The notes under the pieces are model-generated. The model was not told where the DNA came from. It did not search any database and was given only the letters and a program-made list of their open reading frames with translations. Below are positions 1-8,756 of a stretch of 64,000 nt of DNA, one piece after another. Source of the DNA: Planctomycetota bacterium (GTDB lineage Bacteria > Planctomycetota > UBA11346); assembly GCA_038231435.1 (NCBI GenBank), contig JBBRLJ010000026.1, positions 4,991 to 68,990 on the forward strand, read 5' to 3'. A program made the position numbers and the translations under genes. Position 1 is the stretch's first letter. The number at the start of each line of letters is the position of its first letter.

Positions 1-682
1 AGCGCTCGGCCCGCTCCTTGGTTCCCTCCTCGTGCGCGCCGCCGAACCAGATGGTGCCGCCACCGCCATGGCTCGCCGTTCTGCCTTCGACATCGCGCCG
101 GTCCCCGCTGTTGTGACCGAGCTCCGATGCAGATGCGGGCACCACATGCAGGGGAATCTCTCTGAGTCCGAATCTGGATCCCTGATGCAGCCGGACTCCG
201 CCCTGATGGAGTTCCAGGACGTAAAACGATCCATCGCCAGCGAGCAGCGGAAGCAGCGGCTTGATATGGCGCGTACGGCCGACGATGGCGATCTCGGGCA
301 TGGGCTCGGGGACCCAGTACCTGCGCACGCCACCATGATCGCCGAGGAGCACCAATCCTTCTGCGGGATGGGCCCAGAACGCCGGGACCGCGGCCAACCC
401 CGTCATCGCCTGGAGTTGGGATTCCACCTCGGGCGCTTGGGCCGAAGCCTGGGCGATCAGATTCTTCAGCAGGATATGATCCTGTCGGGCATCCGGGCCA
501 CCACGATGGGTCGGCAGATACATGGAGACCGCGAGACCATGGATGGGTGCCACCAGGGCGGTCAGATTGTCGAGCGTCAAGGCGGAATCATGGGGAGCCG
601 CGATGGCTCGCGCCTTCGCGATGGTCGATCGTTCGCCGTGGTCAGACGCTCTGGCAGTGCGCGTATCGGGCTTGGAACTCAT
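1..682 (-). CDS. bacterial eRF1-like (baeRF family) domain protein; N-terminal 227 aa present, the 3' end lies beyond the left window edge
   Basis: Minus-strand frame missing from the ORF track because it runs off the edge. ATG at 682-680 preceded by AGGGAG. N-terminus ...LTALVAPIHGLAVSMYLPTHRGG...LVLLGDHGGVRRYWVPEP...SFYVLELHQGGVRLHQ resembles the bacterial eRF1/Dom34-like families (LxxLxxxxGxxASVYLDT pattern). The annotated plus-strand ORF 32..706 is Arg-rich antisense. Confidence 0.4.
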   Translation of the reverse strand, partial: MSSKPDTRTARASDHGERSTIAKARAIAAPHDSALTLDNLTALVAPIHGLAVSMYLPTHRGGPDARQDHILLKNLIAQASAQAPEVESQLQAMTGLAAVPAFWAHPAEGLVLLGDHGGVRRYWVPEPMPEIAIVGRTRHIKPLLPLLAGDGSFYVLELHQGGVRLHQGSRFGLREIPLHVVPASASELGHNSGDRRDVEGRTASHGGGGTIWFGGAHEEGTKERAER

Positions 683-696
683 GATGACATACTCCC

Positions 697-721
697 TGTG
701 AGATGAGATGAGATGAGATGA
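697..721. repeat. pentanucleotide tandem repeat (AGATG)x4 with partial flanking copies
   Basis: Seen directly: tgtgAGATGAGATGAGATGAGATGaagag in the 65-bp spacer between two co-directional minus-strand genes, about 15 bp upstream of the RBS of the baeRF-like gene. Confidence 0.8.
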
Positions 722-747
722 AGAGCGTGTCGGCCTGGAGATGCCGG

Positions 748-1791
748 TCAGTAACTCCACACCGTGTCCATGGGGATGGACCCGATGGGCATGGAGTCCT
801 GGGCCGCATCGTAGGCCAGGATCGCGGCGATGGCGTGATAGACATGGATCGACGTCAGCATGCGCCCGGCCGCATCCAGATCCGTCATCGACGACCCGGT
901 GACCGAGGTGCGTACCAGATCGAGGTAGGCGAGATCGGCGGCCACGGCGAATGACGACCTGCCATCCAGTGGAGAATCGAGCGCCACCAACCAGCCATGG
1001 TAATCGAGGCAGCGACGAGCGATCGCGTCGGGCGCGTGATCGAGCAGGGTCAGCAAGGCGATCGGCTCATAGTTCTCGGGAAACAACGCGATTCCCAGTG
1101 GCGCGAGCGCCGAGGCGATGGCCTCGAACCGTTTCGCTGCCAGGGCCCCCGGCAACCCGGTGAAGACCAGCAGACAGGTGGCGGATTGCAGGCGCTCACC
1201 GGCGAGCTGCGCATCCCGCTCCAAGGTGCGGTAGGCGATCTCGGCCTCGGCGACCATGGCTTCGGCGGTCTCGTGATGGAAGGACATCAGCGCGCATGCG
1301 GGAAGATCGTCGGGACCAGTCAGCCACCAGTGGTAGCGCTTCATCTGGTGGTGGATGGCCACTATGCGCTCGGCGTGCAGCGCCCCGAGCGGTCGGCCCC
1401 GGTTCATCACGTGGATGATGACGGCGGCGATGACATCGTATCCGCTGCGGCTGCGGAGACCGGCCTCTTTCAAGGTGGCCGCCGTGCGCTGGACTTCATG
1501 GCAGAAGGTCGCCGCCTCTCCGCCCGACTGCAGCAGCATGGCGGCGATCACGAATCGCATGGGAGAATTCAGGGCACTGAACCAAGGCGCATGGACGGCG
1601 AGCTGCTCGGCGGTGGCGAGCACGGCTGCCCCTATCGCCTGTGGCTGCCCGCTGCGGAGCACGACGGCGAGCGCGGCGAATCGCAGCCAGACCTCGGTAT
1701 CGCCCATCTGCATCGGATCCTGGAGCGCACCATGAATCGCCTGGAAGCGGTCGAACAGGTCGCGCGAGGGGTTTGTCGGTTGGTGCACCAT
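748..1791 (-). CDS. hypothetical all-alpha protein (347 aa)
   Basis: ORF 748..2010 trimmed to the ATG at 1791, which has GGAG upstream and begins MVHQPTNPSRDLFDRF. Upstream of that Met the ORF overlaps the kinase fragment and is Ser/Arg-rich junk. No recognisable motif. Confidence 0.5.
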   Translation of the reverse strand: MVHQPTNPSRDLFDRFQAIHGALQDPMQMGDTEVWLRFAALAVVLRSGQPQAIGAAVLATAEQLAVHAPWFSALNSPMRFVIAAMLLQSGGEAATFCHEVQRTAATLKEAGLRSRSGYDVIAAVIIHVMNRGRPLGALHAERIVAIHHQMKRYHWWLTGPDDLPACALMSFHHETAEAMVAEAEIAYRTLERDAQLAGERLQSATCLLVFTGLPGALAAKRFEAIASALAPLGIALFPENYEPIALLTLLDHAPDAIARRCLDYHGWLVALDSPLDGRSSFAVAADLAYLDLVRTSVTGSSMTDLDAAGRMLTSIHVYHAIAAILAYDAAQDSMPIGSIPMDTVWSY

Positions 1792-2054
1792 GGTGATCTC
1801 CACGAAGCGATGGGATGAGGATGAGCAAGACGAAGAGCGCAGGTACGGCCAGAATGGCGGATGGATCGACACGTCTCCCCGACTCGACGCGCGGTTCGCG
1901 CATCGCACCAGGGTCGAGTAGTTGCACACGTCTCGGTAGAATTTCCGGTCAGCCAGATCAGCGATTCGATAACGAGCAGATGGTAGATATCCGACCCGCG
2001 AGTAAGCCACCTCAATCCCTCAAGGCTCCACAGGCACGCTCGCCCTCGCCGTCA

Positions 2055-2462
2055 GCGAATCTGGAGCTCAAGATCGCTTCAGCGCAAGGGTCCATCGAAA
2101 TTGGAGTGCTTCCGGCCATCGTCGCCGATCCAGTGCTGATGGCGCAACTCCTGCAGAATCTGTTCAGCAATGCCATAAAATTCAAGAGCGATACACGCAT
2201 ATTGGTGATTTCGATCGCCGCGAACGAAGCGGATCGGGAGTGGGTATTCTCAGTAGCCGACAACGGAATCGGCATCCGCGCCGAAGATACCGAACGTATC
2301 TTCAAGCTGTTCCAGCGCGTCCATTCAGCGGTGCAATATCCCGGCACCGGAATCGGACTGGCGACCTGCAAGAAGATCACCGACCGCCATGGCGGGCGAC
2401 TGTGGGTGGAGTCGACGCTCGATGTCGGCACCACCTTCTTCTTCAGCATGCCCAAGCCGTGA
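2055..2462 (+). pseudogene. C-terminal remnant of a sensor histidine kinase (HATPase_c domain only)
   Basis: ORF 1815..2462 has a clean HATPase_c tail (NLFSNAIKFK...ADNGIGIRAEDTERIF...[39 protein letters not shown]) collinear with the C-termini of the intact kinases at 16813..18339 and 31196..34897. It has no HisKA/H-box, PAS or TM region, and the preceding 80 residues are low-complexity. Confidence 0.6.
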
Positions 2463-2621
2463 GGATGGATTGAGCGTGGATTGGCCCGTCCAAGGCTGAG
2501 ACCTTCCGATCCAGGCTTCCGATCCCGACTCTCTAGTATGCGCGAAAATCCCGAACCTCTCGACCAGGCATCCAGCATCACGGCCGAGTTCAATGCCGTT
2601 CGAATCGGCCAGGAGCACTCA

Positions 2622-4265
2622 ATGAAGATCGCAGCCATGGTCCTCATCTTCATGTCGGCGCTCGCTACTGAAGGTGCCGATCAGCCGTTTCCGCTGCGAG
2701 AGATGCCGGACAATCGCGCCATCATCGCCACGATCACCATACCAGACGCGGCACGCTTCATCGAACACGCCAGCGCCACTCCGTGGGCGCTCAAGCTGGG
2801 AGCGATGCCGCTGCCACGACAGTTCCTGCAGGTGTTCGACGGCGTCGGACTCGCCGACCTCGACCCGAAACTGCCGATAATCCTGGCGATGATCGCTCCT
2901 GACGAGCATGGAAACCCCGGGTTTTCGGCGTGCATTCCCGCCACGGTCACCGCCCGATACGTGGACAAGGCCCACGCCGCTGGATTTTCATCCGTCGCGG
3001 TCGACCACATCGTCATCCTGGGCAGTGATGACCGGGCCCTGTTCCACGCCCGGAGCCTGATCGACCACTGCCTTCGGCCCCTGGACACCTCGCGCTCGGA
3101 TGCCATTTTCAGATTCTCATGCACACGCGCGCTCCTGGGCTACGGCGATGGGCTGCGGGATCAGAACTGGCTCGCGCGCATGAAGCTGTCGGCTCTGTCA
3201 CGACCCGCCGGAGCGCCAGATTTTTCCCCGATCATGAGGATGGCGATGGCCGGCCTCACGGCCGTCGGACAGGACTCGCAAGACCTCCAGGTCGAAGCGG
3301 TGTTCTCCTCGTCATCGGTCGACGCGGACATCACCCTCATCGCTCGGCCATCCACTGACCTGGCCATGGCATTGGTAGCGCCCGCCGCCACGACCGCGCT
3401 CGCGCCGGCTCTCCCGGGCACCTCGGCGCTCACCACTGTCGAAGGAAGGATCGACCCCATCGCCACGGGCCGATTCGTATCGACGCTGATGAGTCGAATC
3501 GCCTTGGAATTGGATCTGAAGATTCCTCGCGAAGCCTTCGCCGCGTTCAACGTCATCGCCCACGATGCCACGGGGGGCTTCGCGTTTCGCGCTCGGCGCG
3601 ATAGCGACCACGGCGTCTCCTGCTCCTATGTCCAGGGAATGTCATCGATCGAAGCCGGCAAGACGCTGGGGTCGACGATCGTCGACCTATTCACGCCACC
3701 AGGCGCATGGAGCCGGGCCAGCGCGCTGCTCGGCGCCCCGATGGGCTTGAAGAGGTTGGTCGGGCAACGCATGGAACAGGATGTGTCGATCGATGGCATT
3801 GCGCTGTCGCTCGACGAAGGATCCATGACTGCCGAGCAACGGGCCGCGACGCTGGCATTCATGCGCGATGGCGAATTGGCCTACACCGACCACGCCCTGC
3901 TGTACGCCCAATCGTCGTCCGATCTCGATGCGATGATCCATGATGCCCAGAGCTCGAGCCCAGGCATCCGCGTGAAGAGCACGGCGGAATCGCTGTTCGG
4001 TAGCGGCCACGGTTTCTATGCCGAATGCGATCTCGCCGGCGACTTGTCCGCCAGCTGGGCGATCGCCGCCAAGGGATCCCAGGAAAAGCCGAGTCCTCTG
4101 GTTGCCCTCCATGAGGGCGAGAACCTGCTGCTCGCGGGCGACTTCGCTGCCGGTGGCGCGCGGTGGCGGATCCGCATCCCACTCGCTCCCATCGCCGACA
4201 TCGTCAGGGCGGCCAGCATGGCCGAGCTGCTCGAATGGCTGGCGACTCCGGCGACCGTGCCGTAG
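2622..4265 (+). CDS. secreted hypothetical protein (547 aa)
   Basis: ATG at 2622 after GGAG. N-terminus MKIAAMVLIFMSALATEGAD is a signal peptide. No recognisable catalytic motif. Confidence 0.55.
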   Translation: MKIAAMVLIFMSALATEGADQPFPLREMPDNRAIIATITIPDAARFIEHASATPWALKLGAMPLPRQFLQVFDGVGLADLDPKLPIILAMIAPDEHGNPGFSACIPATVTARYVDKAHAAGFSSVAVDHIVILGSDDRALFHARSLIDHCLRPLDTSRSDAIFRFSCTRALLGYGDGLRDQNWLARMKLSALSRPAGAPDFSPIMRMAMAGLTAVGQDSQDLQVEAVFSSSSVDADITLIARPSTDLAMALVAPAATTALAPALPGTSALTTVEGRIDPIATGRFVSTLMSRIALELDLKIPREAFAAFNVIAHDATGGFAFRARRDSDHGVSCSYVQGMSSIEAGKTLGSTIVDLFTPPGAWSRASALLGAPMGLKRLVGQRMEQDVSIDGIALSLDEGSMTAEQRAATLAFMRDGELAYTDHALLYAQSSSDLDAMIHDAQSSSPGIRVKSTAESLFGSGHGFYAECDLAGDLSASWAIAAKGSQEKPSPLVALHEGENLLLAGDFAAGGARWRIRIPLAPIADIVRAASMAELLEWLATPATVP

Positions 4266-4378
4266 TTAGCTTCCTCGGCTGCGACATGGGAGTCGGATGC
4301 CTGGAGCCCGGCCAACGATGGCCTGCCGCCGGCTCAGCGAGCCCTGGTTGCTGAACGCCGCTCTCGCATGAATCGAAA

Positions 4379-4406
4379 GCCCCTCCCTGCATCAGCAAGG
4401 AGGGGC
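4379..4406. terminator. GC hairpin between convergent genes (possible bidirectional terminator)
   Basis: gcccctccCTGCATCAGCAAggaggggc: 8-bp GC stem with a 12-nt loop, between the stop at 4265 (+) and the stop at 4444 (-). Confidence 0.3.
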
Positions 4407-4443
4407 GCGAAGCTTACGGCATCCGGACTGTCAGCCGAGCTGA

Positions 4444-4731
4444 TTACTTCTTCTCTTCGTACTTCTTGTTGGCGACGGCGGCGTCACCGTACGCCTCGGG
4501 GTTCTTCTTGATGGCCGCGGGGCACTTCTCGCAGCAGACGCCGACCAAGACGGTCTTGCCATCCTTGGTCTTGGCTTCGACGGGAGCGATCTTGGGATCG
4601 ACCTTCTCGCCGCTCACGGGGCAGATGGTATTGACGGCCTTGGCATCCTTGGCGACGGTCTTGCCGGCATCCTCGGCGTAGGATGAGACTCCGAGGCCGA
4701 GGGCGAGGGCAGCGATGATAGCGAAACGCAT
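4444..4731 (-). CDS. periplasmic YHS-domain metal-binding protein (95 aa)
   Basis: Signal peptide MRFAIIAALALGLGVSSYA. ICPVSGEKVDP...KDGKTVLVGVCCEKCPAAIKKNPEAY matches the YHS pattern (CPV[CS]G..V...GKT...C..C....NPE.Y). Confidence 0.55.
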   Translation of the reverse strand: MRFAIIAALALGLGVSSYAEDAGKTVAKDAKAVNTICPVSGEKVDPKIAPVEAKTKDGKTVLVGVCCEKCPAAIKKNPEAYGDAAVANKKYEEKK

Positions 4732-4883
4732 GGCGATACTCCTGTGTTAAGTGACGGATGGTCACCGTGGTGATGGCAAAGGTCGACGGAAGGCCCGATG
4801 TTTCATGCGGGCTCGTCGTTCACATCACTACCTCATCGCGCGTCTACAAAACCGCCGGCCCGAGCTGCCTGAGCATGCCAAAT

Positions 4884-4914
4884 CGCTATTGATATTCATT
4901 ATCATGTAATAGCG
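4884..4914. promoter_or_regulatory. Fur-box-like operator (7-1-7 motif TGATATT-C-ATTATCA) inside a 31-bp palindrome
   Basis: CGCTATTGATATTCATTATCATGTAATAGCG. The outer 7-bp arms CGCTATT/AATAGCG are perfect inverted repeats. The core 4890..4904 TGATATTCATTATCA matches the Fur 7-1-7 consensus TGATAATnATTATCA at 14/15 positions. It lies in the AT-rich divergent region between the YHS gene (start 4731) and the porin gene (start 4954). Confidence 0.5.
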
Positions 4915-4953
4915 TTCGGTCTCTCCGCTCCGACATCCCGAACCAAGGCCCAC

Positions 4954-6390
4954 ATGCAGCCCCCCACCTACACCAAGTTCCTCGTCCTCGGCCTCTTCGC
5001 CGCTGGCAGCACGACCTGGGCGGAGGATGCGGCCGGCACGGCTGCGCCCGCGGGTGACGGCACCTCCGACGCCGCGGCGCTGCAGGCTCGCGTCGAGGCG
5101 CTCGAAGCGCATGTCCGCAATTTGGAGCGCGCCTTGGAGCGCCCCGTGGCGAATGGCCAGAGCGGAGAGAGCGCCCCGAAGCGATCACCGTCTCCGAGCG
5201 CGGATGCCCTGTCGATCGGCGCCTACGGCGAAGTGAAGTACGGCGCGGTCCAGAATCCCGACGCCAATGGTGCGTGGCAGAATGGTTTCGATGGAGGCCG
5301 CTTCACCCTGCAGCCGGCCTACCAGTTTTCGGACCGCATCGTCCTCAAGGCGGAGATCGAATTCGAACACGGCGGCATCGCGCTCGACGATGATGACAAG
5401 CTCGGCGGGTCGGCGGAGATCGAGCAGGCATACCTCGACTTCACCGTGAATGAGCATCTGCACTGGCGCGCGCCCGGCATCGATCTGGTACCGTTCGGAT
5501 ACACCAACCTCTATCACGAGCCGACGCTCTTCTATAGCGTCGATCGACCAGAGCTGGCCCAGGGCTTGGTTCCGACCACCTGGTTCGAGGGCAGCACCAG
5601 CATCCATGGTGAACTCGCCGGCCCGGTGAGCTACCAGATCCAGGTCAGCACCAGCATCGTCGACGACGGTGGCAACACGCGCAACGCCACCGACGCGGGG
5701 ACTCCGCCCGCAGGAGGCTACCCCGCAGGCATCGATGGGCATTCCGCGTTCGGACTGTCTCGCGCCACGGTCGGCGATTTCCACCAGGAGAGCGATCAGC
5801 TCGGCTACGCCCTCCGGCTCGCGTATTCCATTCCCGCCATCCCCGGGCTCCAGGGCAGCTCGAGCGCGTATTGGACTCCGAACGTCGAGCCCCGCGGAGC
5901 GTATGCGACGGACGCGCTCGGCACGCCTCTCGGATCGCTCGGACGATGCGCCGTCACGCTGGTGGACACCGAGCTGCGCTACCGCCCGAACCATGACGGC
6001 ATCGAGTTGCGCGGTGAAGCCGTGGGAGCGCATTTTTCGAGGCCCTCAGAACTGCGAGCGAACAACGACGGGGACGACACCGACAACGTCGGCCGGACCA
6101 TGTGGGGCGTATCCGGCGAGGCCGCGTATCATTGCGCGTGTCCGCTCACGGCGTGGGAGCTGGTTCCATTCTATCGCTACACGGTGCAGGACCTGCAGAT
6201 GCCCGGCGTCGCTGGACGTGACGCGAATGCGCCAGACGGCACCGGCCGGCAGCAGTTCCACACCTTCGGCGTCGCGGCGTTCCCCACGCCGCAGATCGTG
6301 CTCAAGGTGGATTGCCGCATCGCCCGTGATGGCTCGTCGAGCACGCCGAAGGATGACCATGTGCTCGGAGGCGTTGGTTTCTTCTTCTGA
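4954..6390 (+). CDS. outer-membrane porin with N-terminal coiled coil (DcaP/OprO-like architecture)
   Basis: Signal peptide, then coiled coil AALQARVEALEAHVRNLERALER, a long Gly/Tyr/Asp-rich beta-strand region and a C-terminal aromatic tail (...GGVGFFF) typical of outer-membrane beta-barrels. Confidence 0.55.
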   Translation: MQPPTYTKFLVLGLFAAGSTTWAEDAAGTAAPAGDGTSDAAALQARVEALEAHVRNLERALERPVANGQSGESAPKRSPSPSADALSIGAYGEVKYGAVQNPDANGAWQNGFDGGRFTLQPAYQFSDRIVLKAEIEFEHGGIALDDDDKLGGSAEIEQAYLDFTVNEHLHWRAPGIDLVPFGYTNLYHEPTLFYSVDRPELAQGLVPTTWFEGSTSIHGELAGPVSYQIQVSTSIVDDGGNTRNATDAGTPPAGGYPAGIDGHSAFGLSRATVGDFHQESDQLGYALRLAYSIPAIPGLQGSSSAYWTPNVEPRGAYATDALGTPLGSLGRCAVTLVDTELRYRPNHDGIELRGEAVGAHFSRPSELRANNDGDDTDNVGRTMWGVSGEAAYHCACPLTAWELVPFYRYTVQDLQMPGVAGRDANAPDGTGRQQFHTFGVAAFPTPQIVLKVDCRIARDGSSSTPKDDHVLGGVGFFF

Positions 6391-6607
6391 CCACGACAGG
6401 CTGACCGCCGGCCGCCGCCCGCGGTCGGCACCCGGGGGCAGGCTGGGCGCGGGGAGCAACCATGACCCGCGGCATCCGCTGTCCACGATTGTGCTCACCA
6501 GACGAGCAGACCTGCTCCACCGTGACTGCCGCGGCTCCATGTAGTCGCTCGCACGGGGCCGGATCCTGGCACGGGACGTGCTGGGGTAGTTCAACCAAGG
6601 AGCCTCC

Positions 6608-7588
6608 ATGACGTCGGTCTCGCCACGCGCCTTCCCCCGTCTCTGCCCACTCGGTCTCATCGCCGGATGCTCGATCTCATTGGCGACGGCGGCGGATCTG
6701 ACCACTCAGCCGTCCACGCACGCTGGCGGATCAACGACGGCTACCGACGAAAGCATCGATGCGCATTCGTGGGAAGCTCCAGCCCTGACGGTTCGTGGTA
6801 AACGCGATAGCGTCCTGCGGGAGGAGGATCGCATTGGCGACTATGAACAGCCGCGATGGACGGCGACACGCCGCTTCACCGAGGTTCGCGTCTATGTCAT
6901 CCCGAAGAACCAGATCGAATTCGAGTATTGGCTGTTCGCCGACACCCCGACGCGGCACGAGATCGATGATGCCAGGGCATCCGGCGCTCCGCGACCCAAG
7001 GCGTCGATCAAGCAGGTCTACGAAGTGGAAATGGGTCTCGGGTATCGGATGCAGCTCGATCTCTATCAGGTCTTCGTCAAGGACGGCGGCAACGGCGACA
7101 ACCAGCTGGATGAGACGAAGGCTGAGCTTCGATACGCGTTGGCCGATTGGGGTCGGCTCTGGGGCAACCCGACGCTCTATGGCGAATGGACCCAGGCCGC
7201 GCACGGATCGGACTTGGCCGAGTTCAAGCTGCTGCTTGGCGACGAGTGGTCGCCGAAATGGCACTGGGCGACCAATCTCGTCTACGAGGCGGAGCTCACC
7301 CAGTCGAAGGAGCATTCACACGAATGGAACAGCGCCATCAGCTATACCGTCATCGACGGGAGGTTCAGCATCGGACTCGAGGACAAGATCGGCTACGTGA
7401 CATCGCACGATCCGGACAGCACTGGCGGCTTCGGAGATGCCAAGTCGCACCACTGGGAGATATCCGCGGGTCCATGCCTCCAGGTGAGGACCGTGCCCCG
7501 CATGCACCTCGACGTGTCTGAGTTCATCGGCATCAACAAGGACGCGCCCGAGTCCCGCACCGTGGCGATCATCGGTTGGGAATTCTAG
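6608..7588 (+). CDS. outer-membrane beta-barrel lipoprotein (family uncertain, possibly CopB/PcoB-like)
   Basis: Lipobox LIAGC after the signal region. Alternating beta-strand pattern. C-terminal ...AIIGWEF (terminal F). Confidence 0.45.
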   Translation: MTSVSPRAFPRLCPLGLIAGCSISLATAADLTTQPSTHAGGSTTATDESIDAHSWEAPALTVRGKRDSVLREEDRIGDYEQPRWTATRRFTEVRVYVIPKNQIEFEYWLFADTPTRHEIDDARASGAPRPKASIKQVYEVEMGLGYRMQLDLYQVFVKDGGNGDNQLDETKAELRYALADWGRLWGNPTLYGEWTQAAHGSDLAEFKLLLGDEWSPKWHWATNLVYEAELTQSKEHSHEWNSAISYTVIDGRFSIGLEDKIGYVTSHDPDSTGGFGDAKSHHWEISAGPCLQVRTVPRMHLDVSEFIGINKDAPESRTVAIIGWEF

Positions 7589-7737
7589 GTCGGATCCCGC
7601 GTCTGACCGACTTTCGGAGGAGCGGAGGGATGAAGCGACCACACATCGCCACTTCCTCCGCTTGCTCCGGATCCGGAGGACCCATGTCCCGCGACATCCC
7701 TTCACCGCCATGCGGACCTCGGTTTGCGTCGCCGGTC

Positions 7738-8526
7738 ATGCGCTGGCGATCACGGCTGCGGCCATCCAGCCGGTCTACAGGCCAGCTATCAGGCCGGCCA
7801 TCAGTCCTGCCGTGGATCGGCGGCCTTCCGTCACTCATCATCCACGGTCTCGTCCTCGGCGCATGCCTCCTCGGCTGGCGCATCCCGGTCGCGCCGTGCG
7901 AGTTGTCCTTGGGACGCACGCCGCTCGGATTCTCGCTCCCCATTCCCATGCAGGCCGCGTCGGATGCGCCTCCGGCAGAACCGGCACGGCTCGACGGATC
8001 GATCCCAGACGATTCCGCCCTGCCCGTTCCCCTCATCGAGGCGGTCGACCTTCCCGATGATCCCGCGCTAGACGATCCAGCGCCATGCACGCCCGTCATC
8101 GAACCGTTGGATGCGGGCCCCATCCTCGCTGCGGTCATCCTTCATCCACGTCGTGTCACGCGTGACGCGGCAGACCCCGACGCGACGCCGCCCAGACGAG
8201 CGATGGCTCGCCCAGCCGCGGATAGCACGCCGGCATCTCCTGCGGCCAGTGCGTCCACGAGCCCATCGAGGATCCTCAAGCGAGTAGATCCAGCCTATCC
8301 GCGTACAGCTCTGCGTCTCGGACGCCAAGGGACTGTCTATGTCCGCATGGCCGTGGCTGAGGATGGCCGGGTCATCACCGCTGTTGCGGAACGATCATCG
8401 GGGCGCGCCGACATGGATCAGGCGGCATTGGCCGCGGTGCGCCAATGGCTGTTCGACGCGGCGACCCCAGAGGATCCTCATCCGCGCATCGTGACGATCG
8501 ACATTCGATTCGTACTGGGGTCGTGA
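7738..8526 (+). CDS. tonB: TonB family energy transducer
   Basis: ORF 7576..8526 trimmed to MRWRS... TM helix LPSLIIHGLVLGACLLGW, a Pro-rich spacer (PVPLIEAVDLPDDPALDDP), and a C-terminal TonB_C motif (PAYPRTALRLGRQGTVYVRMAVAEDGRVITAVAERSSG...AALAAVRQWLF). Confidence 0.65.
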   Translation: MRWRSRLRPSSRSTGQLSGRPSVLPWIGGLPSLIIHGLVLGACLLGWRIPVAPCELSLGRTPLGFSLPIPMQAASDAPPAEPARLDGSIPDDSALPVPLIEAVDLPDDPALDDPAPCTPVIEPLDAGPILAAVILHPRRVTRDAADPDATPPRRAMARPAADSTPASPAASASTSPSRILKRVDPAYPRTALRLGRQGTVYVRMAVAEDGRVITAVAERSSGRADMDQAALAAVRQWLFDAATPEDPHPRIVTIDIRFVLGS

Positions 8527-8756
8527 CCGTGAGCGGATCCGCTATCTCCTGACAGCGCCATTCCTCATTCCCGCCATGCCAAGGCACGGCATCCATCCGG
8601 GTTGCGCTTGCGCGAGACGGATATCAGATGCGCGAGGCGGAGCTGCGGCACCCGTCAGTTCCCGCCTCGCCGCCGCCTCTGGATCCATAAGCGCCTCCCA
8701 CGCCCGCGCATGGCACCGGCGCACCGCGCGAGGAGATCGAGGAACGCCGAGACAGC

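Noticed and set aside
32-706. 224-aa plus-strand ORF at the left edge
   Set aside because: Arg/Gly-rich, low-complexity and without motifs. It is fully antisense to a much better minus-strand frame (baeRF-like) that has an RBS and ATG at 682.
8532-8543. 12-bp perfect palindrome AGCGGATCCGCT just after the tonB stop
   Set aside because: Contains a BamHI-like site and has no loop or T-tract. It could be a weak hairpin, but it is too short to call a terminator or operator.
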